A stretch of 64,000 nt of DNA from an uncultured Gemmatimonadales bacterium (GTDB lineage Bacteria > Gemmatimonadota > Gemmatimonadetes > Longimicrobiales > Gaopeijiaceae): assembly GCA_963823035.1 (NCBI GenBank), contig CAWGKG010000005.1, forward strand, positions 64,001-128,000. The letters run 5' to 3'. The notes beneath the pieces were generated by a model. It did no database searches and was not told where the DNA came from. It saw nothing but the letters and a program-made list of their open reading frames with translations. A program made the translations under genes and the position numbers. How positions within the stretch are numbered: the stretch's first letter is position 1; each line of letters begins with the position of its first letter. Shown piece after piece: positions 21,569 through 33,488 of the stretch.

Positions 21569-22768
21569 GTGGGCCGAGCGCTGAGCGCGGCGCGGCGGAT
21601 CGCGGGCGGGCTCCTCCCCGGCGGCGGACTCGTGGCGCTCGCGCTCGGGTTGCACGCCTGGGCGCCGCGCACCCTCCTGGACGACGTCACCCACGGCTAC
21701 CCGTGGGTGGCGTACGCGGCCGCAATCCTCCTCGCCACGCTCTTCCACCGGAGTCGAGTGGCCGTCGCCGCGGTCGCCCTCGCGGGCGCCACCTGGGCGC
21801 TCTCGCTCGGCTGGCCGGAGCCCGTGCTGGCGACGGGGTGGGCGCTGCTGATCGGGGCGCTGGCGCTCATGCGTGACCGGGGGACCGTCGCCCCCTCCTC
21901 GGTGGCCCAGTGGGCCGTGCTCGTCATGCTGGCCGAGCTGGCGGCGATGGTCGCGCACGGAGGCGCGCCCGGGATCGCGCGCCTCCTCGACCTCGGAGGC
22001 GGGGGTGACGGGTCCCGCTGGCTCGGCCTACCGCAGCTCCAGCTCGGGATGTGCGCGCTCGCCTCCGTGCTGCTCGCCGCGGCCCTCTTCCGCTGGCGCG
22101 GCGCGGTCGAGCGCGGCCTCGGGTGGGCGCTCCTGCTCGTCACGCTCGGGTTGCACCCCGCGGTGGGCGGGGACGCGCCCCTCGTCTTCCTCCTCGTCGC
22201 CGGTGTCGCCCTCGCGCTCTCGGTGGTCGAGACGTCGTACGCGATGGCCTACCGGGACGAGCTGACCGGCCTCCCCGCGCGCCGAGCCCTCCTGCGCGAC
22301 ATGGACGGCCTCGGCGGGACGTTCTCGGTGGCGATGGTGGACGTCGACCACTTCAAGAAGTTCAACGACCGTCACGGCCACGACGTCGGCGACCAGGTGC
22401 TGCGCATGGTGGCCGCCCAACTGGCCCGGGCGCCCGGAGGCGCGCGCGCCTACCGATATGGCGGCGAGGAGTTCACGCTCCTCCTGGCCGGGCGGACCCG
22501 CGACGAGGCCCAGCCCCATCTGGAGGCCCTGCGGGTCTCGGTCGCCGAGGCGTCGTTCGCGCTGCGAAGCTGGAGACGCCCCCGGAAGAAGCCGGAGAAG
22601 TCCCTACCCAGGAAGCGCGCGGCGAAGCCTCGGCGGCTCTCCGTGACGGTGAGCATCGGCGTGGCGGATTCCGCCGGGGGCCAGCGTTCCGCCGACGAGG
22701 TCCTCGGGAAGGCGGACAAGGCGCTCTATCGGGCCAAGAAGGCTGGACGCAATCGCTTGTCACGATGA
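21569..22768 (+). CDS. Membrane-bound diguanylate cyclase
   Basis: Multi-TM N-terminus, DELTGLP, DVDHFKKFNDRHGHDVGD, YRYGGEEF, ADKALYRAKKAGRN. Confidence 0.92.
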   Translation: MGRALSAARRIAGGLLPGGGLVALALGLHAWAPRTLLDDVTHGYPWVAYAAAILLATLFHRSRVAVAAVALAGATWALSLGWPEPVLATGWALLIGALALMRDRGTVAPSSVAQWAVLVMLAELAAMVAHGGAPGIARLLDLGGGGDGSRWLGLPQLQLGMCALASVLLAAALFRWRGAVERGLGWALLLVTLGLHPAVGGDAPLVFLLVAGVALALSVVETSYAMAYRDELTGLPARRALLRDMDGLGGTFSVAMVDVDHFKKFNDRHGHDVGDQVLRMVAAQLARAPGGARAYRYGGEEFTLLLAGRTRDEAQPHLEALRVSVAEASFALRSWRRPRKKPEKSLPRKRAAKPRRLSVTVSIGVADSAGGQRSADEVLGKADKALYRAKKAGRNRLSR

Positions 22769-22804
22769 TGTTTGTGTCCCGTGACATGATCTGAATTCCA
22801 GGAC

Positions 22805-25474
22805 CTACCGAGCCGGGCGGCCCTCCATCATCGCGACGATCTCCGCGACCGTGCTCGCCCCATGGTCCTCGTCGTACCATGCGTAGATGTGCTCGTGCAG
22901 CGCCTCGCTGCTCATGTCGGCGCGATGGGCCTGGTACCACGTGGTGAGCGGGGCGGGCCGCTCCACGAGCGACCCCACCTCCCGCCAATCCTCGTCGAGG
23001 AGGAGCACGGTCGGCGTGGCCGGGCGCCCGTCCGGCGTGCGATGCGCCTCCATGACGCCGCGGCCGCGCTTCGAGTCCACCACGCGCATCTCCAGCCCGG
23101 GCACGGCCTCCACCAGTCGGGCCAGGTAGGGGATCGTGTTCGCCGAATCCCCGCACCAGTCCTCCGCGATCGCCAGGAGGCGCCAGCTTCCCCCCACCGC
23201 CCGGGCCCGCCCCAGGAGCGAGTCGGGGACGGCGGCGGCGCGGTAGTGGTCGTCCCACTGGTCGCGGCGGCTGCGCGCCGCCTCCAGGAAGTCGGCGAAG
23301 GTGCGCCCGGACTCGTAGAGCTCGCGCACCGTTTCGACGCGCGACGAAGAGGGGGTGGTGCTCCCGTCCGCGGACGCCCGCGGCCCGCCGAGCTTCCTGC
23401 CGAGGAAGTCGAGCGCGGCCTCGTAGGCTGCCTTCCAGCTGCGGTGCAGGAGGAAGCCGTGCACCTCGTCCGGAAAGACGAGCTGCTCGAAGTCCACGTG
23501 GCGCTCGGCCAGCGACTCGGCCATGTCGACCGACTCGGAGAAGGGGACGTTCCGGTCGTCGTCACCGTGGATGAGGAGGACGGGCGAGCGCCACCCGTCG
23601 ATCGAGGACATCGGTGAGGACCGGAAGGCCAGCTCGGAGAACTCCGGGTGCGCCTCGGCCTCGTAGTCGGGCACGAAGTTCTTGATGACGACGTTCCAGT
23701 CGTGGACGCCGTGCAGGTCCACGCCCGCCGCGAACAGGTCCGACGCGCGCGACAGCCCGAGGGCGGTGAGGTATCCACCGTACGACCCACCCCAGAGGCC
23801 GATGCGGTCGGGGTCGACGTCGTCTCGCGACTGCAGGTACAGCCCCGCGCCGATCACGTCGTTGAACTCGCTCGCGCCGGTGGCGCCGTAGCCCAGCGCC
23901 TCACGGAACTCCATCCCGTAGCCGATGCCGCTCCGGTAGTTCACGGCAAGTACCACGTAGCCCTGGCTGGCCAGCACCTGGTTGAAGGCGTAGGCGTTCG
24001 AGTAGTAGTCCAGGTGATGGAAGCCGAGGAGCATCTGGCGGCGCGAGCCACCGTGGAAGAAGACCATCGCCGGGTGGTGCGCTCCGGTGCGGGCGCCCGG
24101 CGGCAGGAAGAGCTGGGCGTGGATCTCCATCCCGTCGGCTGCGCGGAACACCACCTGCTCCGGGGTGACCATCCGGTCGGCGGGGAAGGCCGCGGGGAGC
24201 TCGGGGCCGACGTCGCGGCGCGCGCCGTCGACCATCACGACCGTGTGCGCCGGCCGTGACGTCGAGGAGGCGTGGAAGGCGAGCGTGCCCGCACCGGTGG
24301 TCACCGCGCCCCACTCGAGGCCGGATCCCGGCGTGAGCGGCCGCGGCGCGCCGCCGCCCACGTCCACCGTCCAGACGTGCTTCCGGTCGATGTCGTCCTG
24401 GTTCGCGTCGTACACCATGCGCCGCCGGTCCGGCGTCATCCCCACATACTGCACCTCGAAGTCCCCCGGCGTGAGCGCTGCCGCCCGCCCACCGGCGGCC
24501 GGCACCGAGTAGAGGTGCTTCCAGCCGTCGCCCTCCCAGGGGAAGACGAGGCGGTCGCCCGCACCCCAGAAGAGCTGGTCGTCCGCGTCCACACCGCTGA
24601 AGACGCTCCCCGCTCCCTCGTTCGCGCGCCACACCTCGCGCCCCTCGCCCGTGGCCGCGTCGGCGACGCGGATCGAGAAGGGCAGGCCGCTCCGGCGGGG
24701 CGCGAAGGGGAGCTGGTCGCGCTCGTGCGGCACCCGGAGGAAGGCGATCCGCCGGGAGTCGGGACTCCACGCGGGCGAGCCGTCCTCATGGACGCTCGGG
24801 TCGAGGTAGAGGACGCTCCCCGACGCGGGATCGACGACGCCGACGAAGGCGTGGTCCCCGCGGTTGCTGACGAACGCCAGCCGGCTTCCGTCCGGCGACC
24901 AGCGAAAGCCGCCGGGGCCGCCGCGTACGGTGGCGAGCTTGGCGGCCTCGGCGCCCTCCCGCACGTCGATCAGCCAGATCTCCCGCCCCTTCGCGTAGGC
25001 GATACGCGCGCCGTCGGGGGAGAGCGCGAACCCGCCCCCGTCGACCAGCTTGCGGGGCTCACCTCCGGCCGTCGCGACGATCCAGATGGCGCGACCCTCT
25101 GCGTCGGGTGTGGAGCGCGGGTCGGGGATCTCCCCCTGGCGGTTCGGGGCGCCCCCGCGCACGTACAGGACGTGGGCACCGTCCGGCGTGAACGCCAACG
25201 AGCCGACCTCCTGCCCGTCGTCGTCCGGGTACGCGGTGAGGGCGCGTCCCTCCCACGCCGGGCCCTCCGCCACCCAGACGTTGCGGGCCCCCCGGTCGTT
25301 CTCCACCCAGGCGATGCGATCGCCGGTCCGCGAGGCGACGAGACCGGACGCGAACGAGAAGGCGAGCGCGTCCTCCACCGTGATCTGCGCGCGGCCCGGG
25401 GTCGGAAGCGTCGCGAACGTGCCGAGGGCGAGAAGCGCCCCCGCGACCCCCCCGAGGACGCCGCGCCGCCTCAT
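22805..25474 (-). CDS. Exported S9 prolyl oligopeptidase fused to a C-terminal thioredoxin-like domain
   Basis: Signal peptide, PD40 propeller (FTPDG, WSPDG), triad GGSYGG / DDRNV / DEVHGF, then IAEDWCGDSANTIPYL...TPTVLLLD. Confidence 0.88.
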   Translation of the reverse strand: MRRRGVLGGVAGALLALGTFATLPTPGRAQITVEDALAFSFASGLVASRTGDRIAWVENDRGARNVWVAEGPAWEGRALTAYPDDDGQEVGSLAFTPDGAHVLYVRGGAPNRQGEIPDPRSTPDAEGRAIWIVATAGGEPRKLVDGGGFALSPDGARIAYAKGREIWLIDVREGAEAAKLATVRGGPGGFRWSPDGSRLAFVSNRGDHAFVGVVDPASGSVLYLDPSVHEDGSPAWSPDSRRIAFLRVPHERDQLPFAPRRSGLPFSIRVADAATGEGREVWRANEGAGSVFSGVDADDQLFWGAGDRLVFPWEGDGWKHLYSVPAAGGRAAALTPGDFEVQYVGMTPDRRRMVYDANQDDIDRKHVWTVDVGGGAPRPLTPGSGLEWGAVTTGAGTLAFHASSTSRPAHTVVMVDGARRDVGPELPAAFPADRMVTPEQVVFRAADGMEIHAQLFLPPGARTGAHHPAMVFFHGGSRRQMLLGFHHLDYYSNAYAFNQVLASQGYVVLAVNYRSGIGYGMEFREALGYGATGASEFNDVIGAGLYLQSRDDVDPDRIGLWGGSYGGYLTALGLSRASDLFAAGVDLHGVHDWNVVIKNFVPDYEAEAHPEFSELAFRSSPMSSIDGWRSPVLLIHGDDDRNVPFSESVDMAESLAERHVDFEQLVFPDEVHGFLLHRSWKAAYEAALDFLGRKLGGPRASADGSTTPSSSRVETVRELYESGRTFADFLEAARSRRDQWDDHYRAAAVPDSLLGRARAVGGSWRLLAIAEDWCGDSANTIPYLARLVEAVPGLEMRVVDSKRGRGVMEAHRTPDGRPATPTVLLLDEDWREVGSLVERPAPLTTWYQAHRADMSSEALHEHIYAWYDEDHGASTVAEIVAMMEGRPAR

Positions 25475-26779
25475 GCGAGGCCGTTCCGGACCACGTGGGT
25501 CACGGCGTCCACGAAGCGGTCGAGCTCCTCGGGCCGCGTGTAGACGCTCGGCGACACCCGGATGCCCTCGAACTCGGGGTGCTTGATGCCGACCGCGAGG
25601 ATCCGATGCTGGTCCCAGAGGTAGGCGTTCAGCTTGCCGGTGTCGACGCCCTCGACCTGGACCGTGGCGATCCCGCAGGCGAAGCCGGGCTTGAGGCTCG
25701 TGTGCAGGCGCACGCGGTCGTGCTCGAGCAGGCGCTCGGCCCAGTAGTTCCGCAGGTACACGAGGCGCGCGTCCTTCCGCGCCGGGCCGATGCCCTGGTG
25801 GAAGGTGAGGGCCTCGCCGATCGCCAGGTAGTTGGCGGCGGGGTGCGTCCCGATCTCCTCGAACTTCCGGATGTTGTCGTCCATCGTCTCGGGCGCGGCC
25901 ATCATGGGCCACACGTCGGGGATCTTCTCCCGGCGCACGTAGAGCAGGCCCGGTGCCGTGCGGCGCGAACAGCCACTTGTGCAGGCTGGTCGAGTAGTTG
26001 TCGACGTCGAGCTCGGCGAGCGTGAAGTCGAAGTGCGCCAGGGCGTGGGCGCCGTCGACGATGAGCGGGATGCCGTGGCGGCGCGCCATCGCGGAAAGAT
26101 CCCGGACCGGGAGGATCTGGCCCGTGATGTTGATCATGTGCGACGCGAGGATCGCCTTCGTCCTGGGGGTGATGGCCGACTCGAAGCGGCGCACCACCTC
26201 GGCGGGATCCTCCGCGGGGATGGGCAGCTGGATCTGGCGCAGGACGATGCCGTCCCGACGCTCGCGCTGCTTGAAGGTCGTGATCATGCGCGGATAGTCC
26301 TGCGTGGACGTCAGGACCTCGTCGCCGCGCTGGAAGTCGAGGCCGAGCTGCATGATCTGCAGGCTCTCGGACGCGTTGCGCGTGAAGGCCACCTCCTCCT
26401 TGTCGACCCCCCACTGGCGCGCCATCCGCTCGCGAACGCCCTCCCGCTGCGGCTCGAGCACGGACCACATCGTGTACGGAGGGGCGAGGTTCGAGTAGTC
26501 GAGATGCCGCTTCATCGCGTCCTGCACCCAGCCGGGCGCGGGGCTCACGCCGCCGTTGTTCAGGTTCACGAGCGTGCGGTCCACCGTGAAGGCCCGGCTC
26601 ACCTCGAACCAGAAGTCCTCGTCGCCCGCCAGCGCGGCCGCGGAGCCGGGGTGTCGGGCGAGCTCGTCCGCGATGTCGGACGCGGACGCGGCCAGGGCCG
26701 TCGGACGGAACGGGACCCCGAGCGCCGCGGCGGCGGCCGGGAGGGAGAAGGTGCCCAGGAAGGTGCGGCGGGTCGGCAT
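25471..26779 (-). CDS. Tat-exported class V PLP-dependent aminotransferase (isopenicillin N epimerase/desulfurase-like; frameshift ~25945)
   Basis: RRTFL Tat motif, [34 protein letters not shown] (PLP Lys), IRVSPSVY. Confidence 0.88.
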
Positions 26780-26883
26780 GGCGCGTTCCTCCTCGTAGGT
26801 GGCTCGAAGGCATCATCCTACGCGCACCCGCCTACGCTGTCCAACCTCGCGCGGGGCGTCGGTTTGCGGCCGTGCGCGCCACC

Positions 26884-26912
26884 TTGGAGCCGACCGCGGG
26901 AGGGGCTACCTT
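26884..26912 (+). promoter_or_regulatory. Candidate sigma70 promoter for the rnz-tyrA-aroA-cmk operon
   Basis: TTGGAG-N17-TACCTT upstream of the ATG at 26956. Confidence 0.5.
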
Positions 26913-26955
26913 GCCGGCGTGGGCCCGGCACGTCCCGTTCTACGCGTCCTTTCGA

Positions 26956-27919
26956 ATGATCCGCCTCACCTTCCTCGGAACCGCCGCATCCCGACCCACG
27001 GTCGGGCGCAACGTGAGCGGTATCGCCGTGCAGCGGGAAGGGGACCTCATGCTGTTCGACTGCGGGGAGGGGACGCAGCGGCAGATGATGCGCTACGGCA
27101 CGGGCTTCGCGGTGGGGTCGATCTTCGTGACCCATCTGCACGCCGACCACTTCCTCGGGATCACCGGGCTCCTGCGCACGATGGGACTGCAGGGTCGCAC
27201 CGAGACCCTCCGCCTCTACGGCCCTCCGGGCTCCGGGGATCTGCTCGGCAGGGCCGCGATGCTCGGCGTCGAGCGCAACAACCCGTTCGCGCTCGAGATC
27301 CTCGAGGTGGAGCCGGGCGGCTCGGTGCCCATGGGCGCGTACGCGATCGAGGCCTTCGAGGTGGTGCACCGCACCTCCGCGGTGGGTTGGGCGATCGTCG
27401 AGGAGCCGCGCCTGGGTCGCTTCGACGTGGAGCGCGCCCGCGCCCTGGGTGTGCCCGAGGGCCCGCTGTTCGGGCTGCTGCACCGAGGCCAGCCCATCGA
27501 GGTCGACGGCAGGATCATCCACCCGGACGAGGTCGTCGGTCCCTCGCGGCCGGGCCGGCTGGTCGTGTACACGGGTGACACGCGCCCCTGCGCGCAGACG
27601 GTGGAGCGGGCGGCCGGGGCGCAGCTGCTCGTGCACGAGGCCACCTTCGGGTCGGACGAGGCCGAGCGGGCGAAGGACACCGCCCACAGCACGGCCGCCG
27701 AGGCCGCGGCCGTCGCGCGCGAGGCGGGCGTCGGCGAGCTCCTCCTCACGCACCTCTCGGCGCGCTACTCGGACGTGCCGGCTCCGATCGAGGAGGAGGC
27801 GCGCGCCGTCTTTCCCGCCACCCGTGTCGCCCACGATGGCCTGGTGGTGGAGGTTTCCTTCGCCGAGGAGCCGGAGTCCACGCCCGCTGGCCCGGCGGGC
27901 CGGCGCCGCAAGGGCATGA
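26956..27919 (+). CDS. rnz: Ribonuclease Z (3' end uncertain; reads through to 28281 as sequenced)
   Basis: LTFLGT...[31 protein letters not shown] exosite, [20 protein letters not shown]. Confidence 0.93.
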
Positions 27920-28270
27920 GCGGGCTGATCGCGCGCAGACCCGGGGGCGGGGAAGTCCGCTCCGACCGGCCGGAGTCGCACCTCCTCGGCGTCCGCACCG
28001 AGGCCGAGCGCATCGGCCGGTGGGAGGTGCGCGCGGCCCAGTGGCGCGCCCTCGAGCTGGCACGCTCCGCCTTCGGGGCGGAGGCGCGCGGCTCGATGAT
28101 CGGGCTGCGGCACCAGGGCCCGATGCGCGGCCTCATGCGGCTCGACGTCCCCTTCGAGGACCTCGACGAGCACCGACGGCGGGAGGCGAACTTCCTCGGG
28201 ATGGTCGGCGCGGATCCGATCCTCGCGCGCGTGCCGCTCGTGTTCGTGGTCGGACCCGATGTCGGCACCG

Positions 28271-28281
<11 letters not shown>
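27916..28281 (+). CDS. Hypothetical ~121-aa protein (or C-terminal extension of RNase Z)
   Basis: An ATGA at 27916-27919 has the form of a coupled start, and codon usage is genome-typical. Confidence 0.5.
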
Positions 28282-31139
<2,858 letters not shown>

Positions 31140-31151
31140 CACCGGCGGGCG

Positions 31152-31180
31152 TTGACGCTCCACCGGGGCCCGCCTACCTT
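31152..31180 (+). promoter_or_regulatory. sigma70 promoter for rpsA
   Basis: TTGACG-N17-TACCTT, near consensus, about 190 nt upstream of the rpsA ATG. Confidence 0.7.
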
Positions 31181-31371
31181 TCCGGGTCTCGGCACCAGCC
31201 ATCTGGGACCGAGCAGTATTCGCCGAAAGGCCAACGAGAGCGCCAGGTGCCCGGCCACGGAGCCAGGGTCCATGCCTTCTCCGGCCTTTCTTCGTTTTCC
31301 CCCGAGCCCGGACGTTCCGTCCACGGAATTCCGGCAAGGACCCGCGACTCCCGCGCGGGACATCCGAGACC

Positions 31372-33450
31372 ATGACCGACAACCAGACCCCGATCGAGTC
31401 CGACGACCTCACCCCCGAAGAGCTGGCGGAAGAGGAGAACGTCGAGGTGGACGCCCTCACCGGAGAGGTGCGCACCGCCGTGATGGACAACCCCCCGGGC
31501 ATCTCCCCGCTGCTCCTCAACGACCCCTATGGCGAGGAGCCGCTCTCGACCTCCCGCGAGGAGTTCGAGGCGCTCCTGGAGGAGTTCCACGAGGACTTCC
31601 AGGACATCCGCGAGGGCGAGATCGTCAACGCGAGGGTCCTGCGGGTCACCGACGCGTCGGTGATCCTCGAGTTCGGCTTCAAGAGCGAGGGCTCGGTGGC
31701 CCTCGACGAGTTCAAGGAGCCCCCGGTCGCGGGTGAGGAAGTCGAGGTCCTCCTCGAGAGCCTCGAGGACGACGACGGCGTCGTCGTCCTCTCCAAGAAG
31801 AAGGCCGACTTCCTGCGCGTCTGGGAGAAGATCCGCGAGGCCCACGAGGCCGACCGTCCGGTCAAGGGCACGCTGGTCCGCAAGATCAAGGGCGGCGTCA
31901 CCGTCGACCTCATGGGCGTGGACGCCTTCCTCCCCGGCTCGCAGATCGCGCTGCGCCGGGTCCCCAACATCGAGGACCTGATCGGCGAGACCTACACGTT
32001 CAAGATCATCAAGCTCAACAAGCGGCGGCGTAACATCGTCGTCTCGCGCCGGGTGATCCTGGAGGCCGAGCGGGAGAAGAAGCGGGAGACGCTGGTCAAG
32101 GAGCTGCTGGTCGGTCAGGTGCGCGAGGGCATCGTGAAGAACATCACGGACTTCGGCGCCTTCATCGACCTGGGCGGCCTCGACGGCCTGCTCCACATCA
32201 CGGACATGTCGTGGGGCCGCGTCGGCCACCCGTCCGAGGTGGTGGAGATCGGCAAGGCGCTCGACGTGAAGGTCCTCGACATCGACTGGAACCGGGAGCG
32301 CATCTCCCTCGGGATGAAGCAGCTCCTGCCCTATCCGTGGACGGACATCGACAAGAAGTACCCGGTCGGCTCGCGCGTCCGCGGCAAGGTCGTGTCGATC
32401 ACGAACTACGGCGCGTTCGTCGAGCTGGAGAAGGGCGTCGAGGGCCTGGTCCACATCTCCGAGATGAGCTGGACGCGCAACGTCCGGCACCCCTCGAAGG
32501 TGGTGTCGATCGGCGAGGAGATCGAAGCCGTGGTCCTGAAGGTGGACCCCGACGACGAGAAGATCTCGCTCGGCATGAAGCAGATCGAGGAGGATCCGTG
32601 GCTCGCGCTGCCGGTGAAGTACCCGACCGGCACCAAGCTCAGCGGCGTCGTGCGCAACCTGACGTCCTTCGGCGCGTTCGTGGAGATCGAGCCGGGGATC
32701 GACGGTCTGGTCCACGTCTCCGACATGAGCTGGACGAAGCGCGTCGAGCACCCCTCCGAGGTCGTGCAGAAGGGGCAGGAGGTCGAGGTGATGGTCCTCG
32801 ACGTCGACGCCGAGAACAAGCGGATCAGCCTGGGCATCAAGCAGCTCCTGGACGATCCGTGGCCGGGCATCTCGGAGCGCTTCGCGCCCATGGTCGAGAC
32901 CGACGGGCACGTCGTCCGCGTCCAGGACAAGGGCGTGGTCGTGGACCTCGGCGACGACATCGAGGGCTTCGTGCCCGCGTCGCACTCGGGCATCGAGGAC
33001 GCCAACCGCCTCGAGGAGTACTACGGCGACGGCGACCCGGTGAGCCTGCGCGTGCTCGAGTCCGACGCCGCGAACCGGCGCATCGTCCTCGAGGTCACGG
33101 AGACGCCCGAGCGCAAGCCGCAGGAGGTCATCGACGCGGCCCGCGCGGCGCGCGAGGCTGCGGCGAGCGGTGGCGAGGGTGGCGAGGAGAAGCCCGAAGC
33201 GAAGCCCGCCGCTCCCGAGGCACCCGCTGCGGAAGGCGAGGCACCCACTACGGAGGCCGAGGCACCTGCTGCGGAGGTCGAGCCGGAGGTGGCGACCGAG
33301 GAGGTCGTCGCCGAGGCGGAAGTGGTGACCGAGGAGGTGGTCGCCGAGGCGGAAGTGGTGACCGAGGAGGTCGTCGCCGAGCCGGAGGGCGAGCCCGAGG
33401 AGGCAGAGGTGGCGGAAGAGGACGAGGACAAGGCCGCCACCGAAGGTTGA
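31372..33450 (+). CDS. rpsA: 30S ribosomal protein S1
   Basis: Six S1 repeats (KSEG, AFLPGSQI, FGAFIDLGGLDGLLHITDMSW, EGLVHISEMSW), with acidic N- and C-terminal extensions. Confidence 0.98.
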   Translation: MTDNQTPIESDDLTPEELAEEENVEVDALTGEVRTAVMDNPPGISPLLLNDPYGEEPLSTSREEFEALLEEFHEDFQDIREGEIVNARVLRVTDASVILEFGFKSEGSVALDEFKEPPVAGEEVEVLLESLEDDDGVVVLSKKKADFLRVWEKIREAHEADRPVKGTLVRKIKGGVTVDLMGVDAFLPGSQIALRRVPNIEDLIGETYTFKIIKLNKRRRNIVVSRRVILEAEREKKRETLVKELLVGQVREGIVKNITDFGAFIDLGGLDGLLHITDMSWGRVGHPSEVVEIGKALDVKVLDIDWNRERISLGMKQLLPYPWTDIDKKYPVGSRVRGKVVSITNYGAFVELEKGVEGLVHISEMSWTRNVRHPSKVVSIGEEIEAVVLKVDPDDEKISLGMKQIEEDPWLALPVKYPTGTKLSGVVRNLTSFGAFVEIEPGIDGLVHVSDMSWTKRVEHPSEVVQKGQEVEVMVLDVDAENKRISLGIKQLLDDPWPGISERFAPMVETDGHVVRVQDKGVVVDLGDDIEGFVPASHSGIEDANRLEEYYGDGDPVSLRVLESDAANRRIVLEVTETPERKPQEVIDAARAAREAAASGGEGGEEKPEAKPAAPEAPAAEGEAPTTEAEAPAAEVEPEVATEEVVAEAEVVTEEVVAEAEVVTEEVVAEPEGEPEEAEVAEEDEDKAATEG
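33295..33381 (+). repeat. 33-bp coding tandem repeat, ~2.6 copies (TEEVVAEAEVV)
   Basis: accgaggaggtsgtcgccgaggcggaagtggtg at 33295 and 33328, with a partial copy at 33361. Confidence 0.9.
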
Positions 33451-33488
33451 CCGGTGACGTACCTCGAACCCCGGAGCCGAGGGGAAGC

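Noticed and set aside
22805..26779. Apparent 1324-aa aminotransferase-S9 fusion
   Set aside because: The aminotransferase C-terminus is in another frame (25471..25938), and the S9 protein has its own signal peptide at an ATGA overlap.
33295..33381. CRISPR-like 33-bp repeats
   Set aside because: The repeats are head-to-tail with no spacers, in frame within rpsA, and no cas genes are present.
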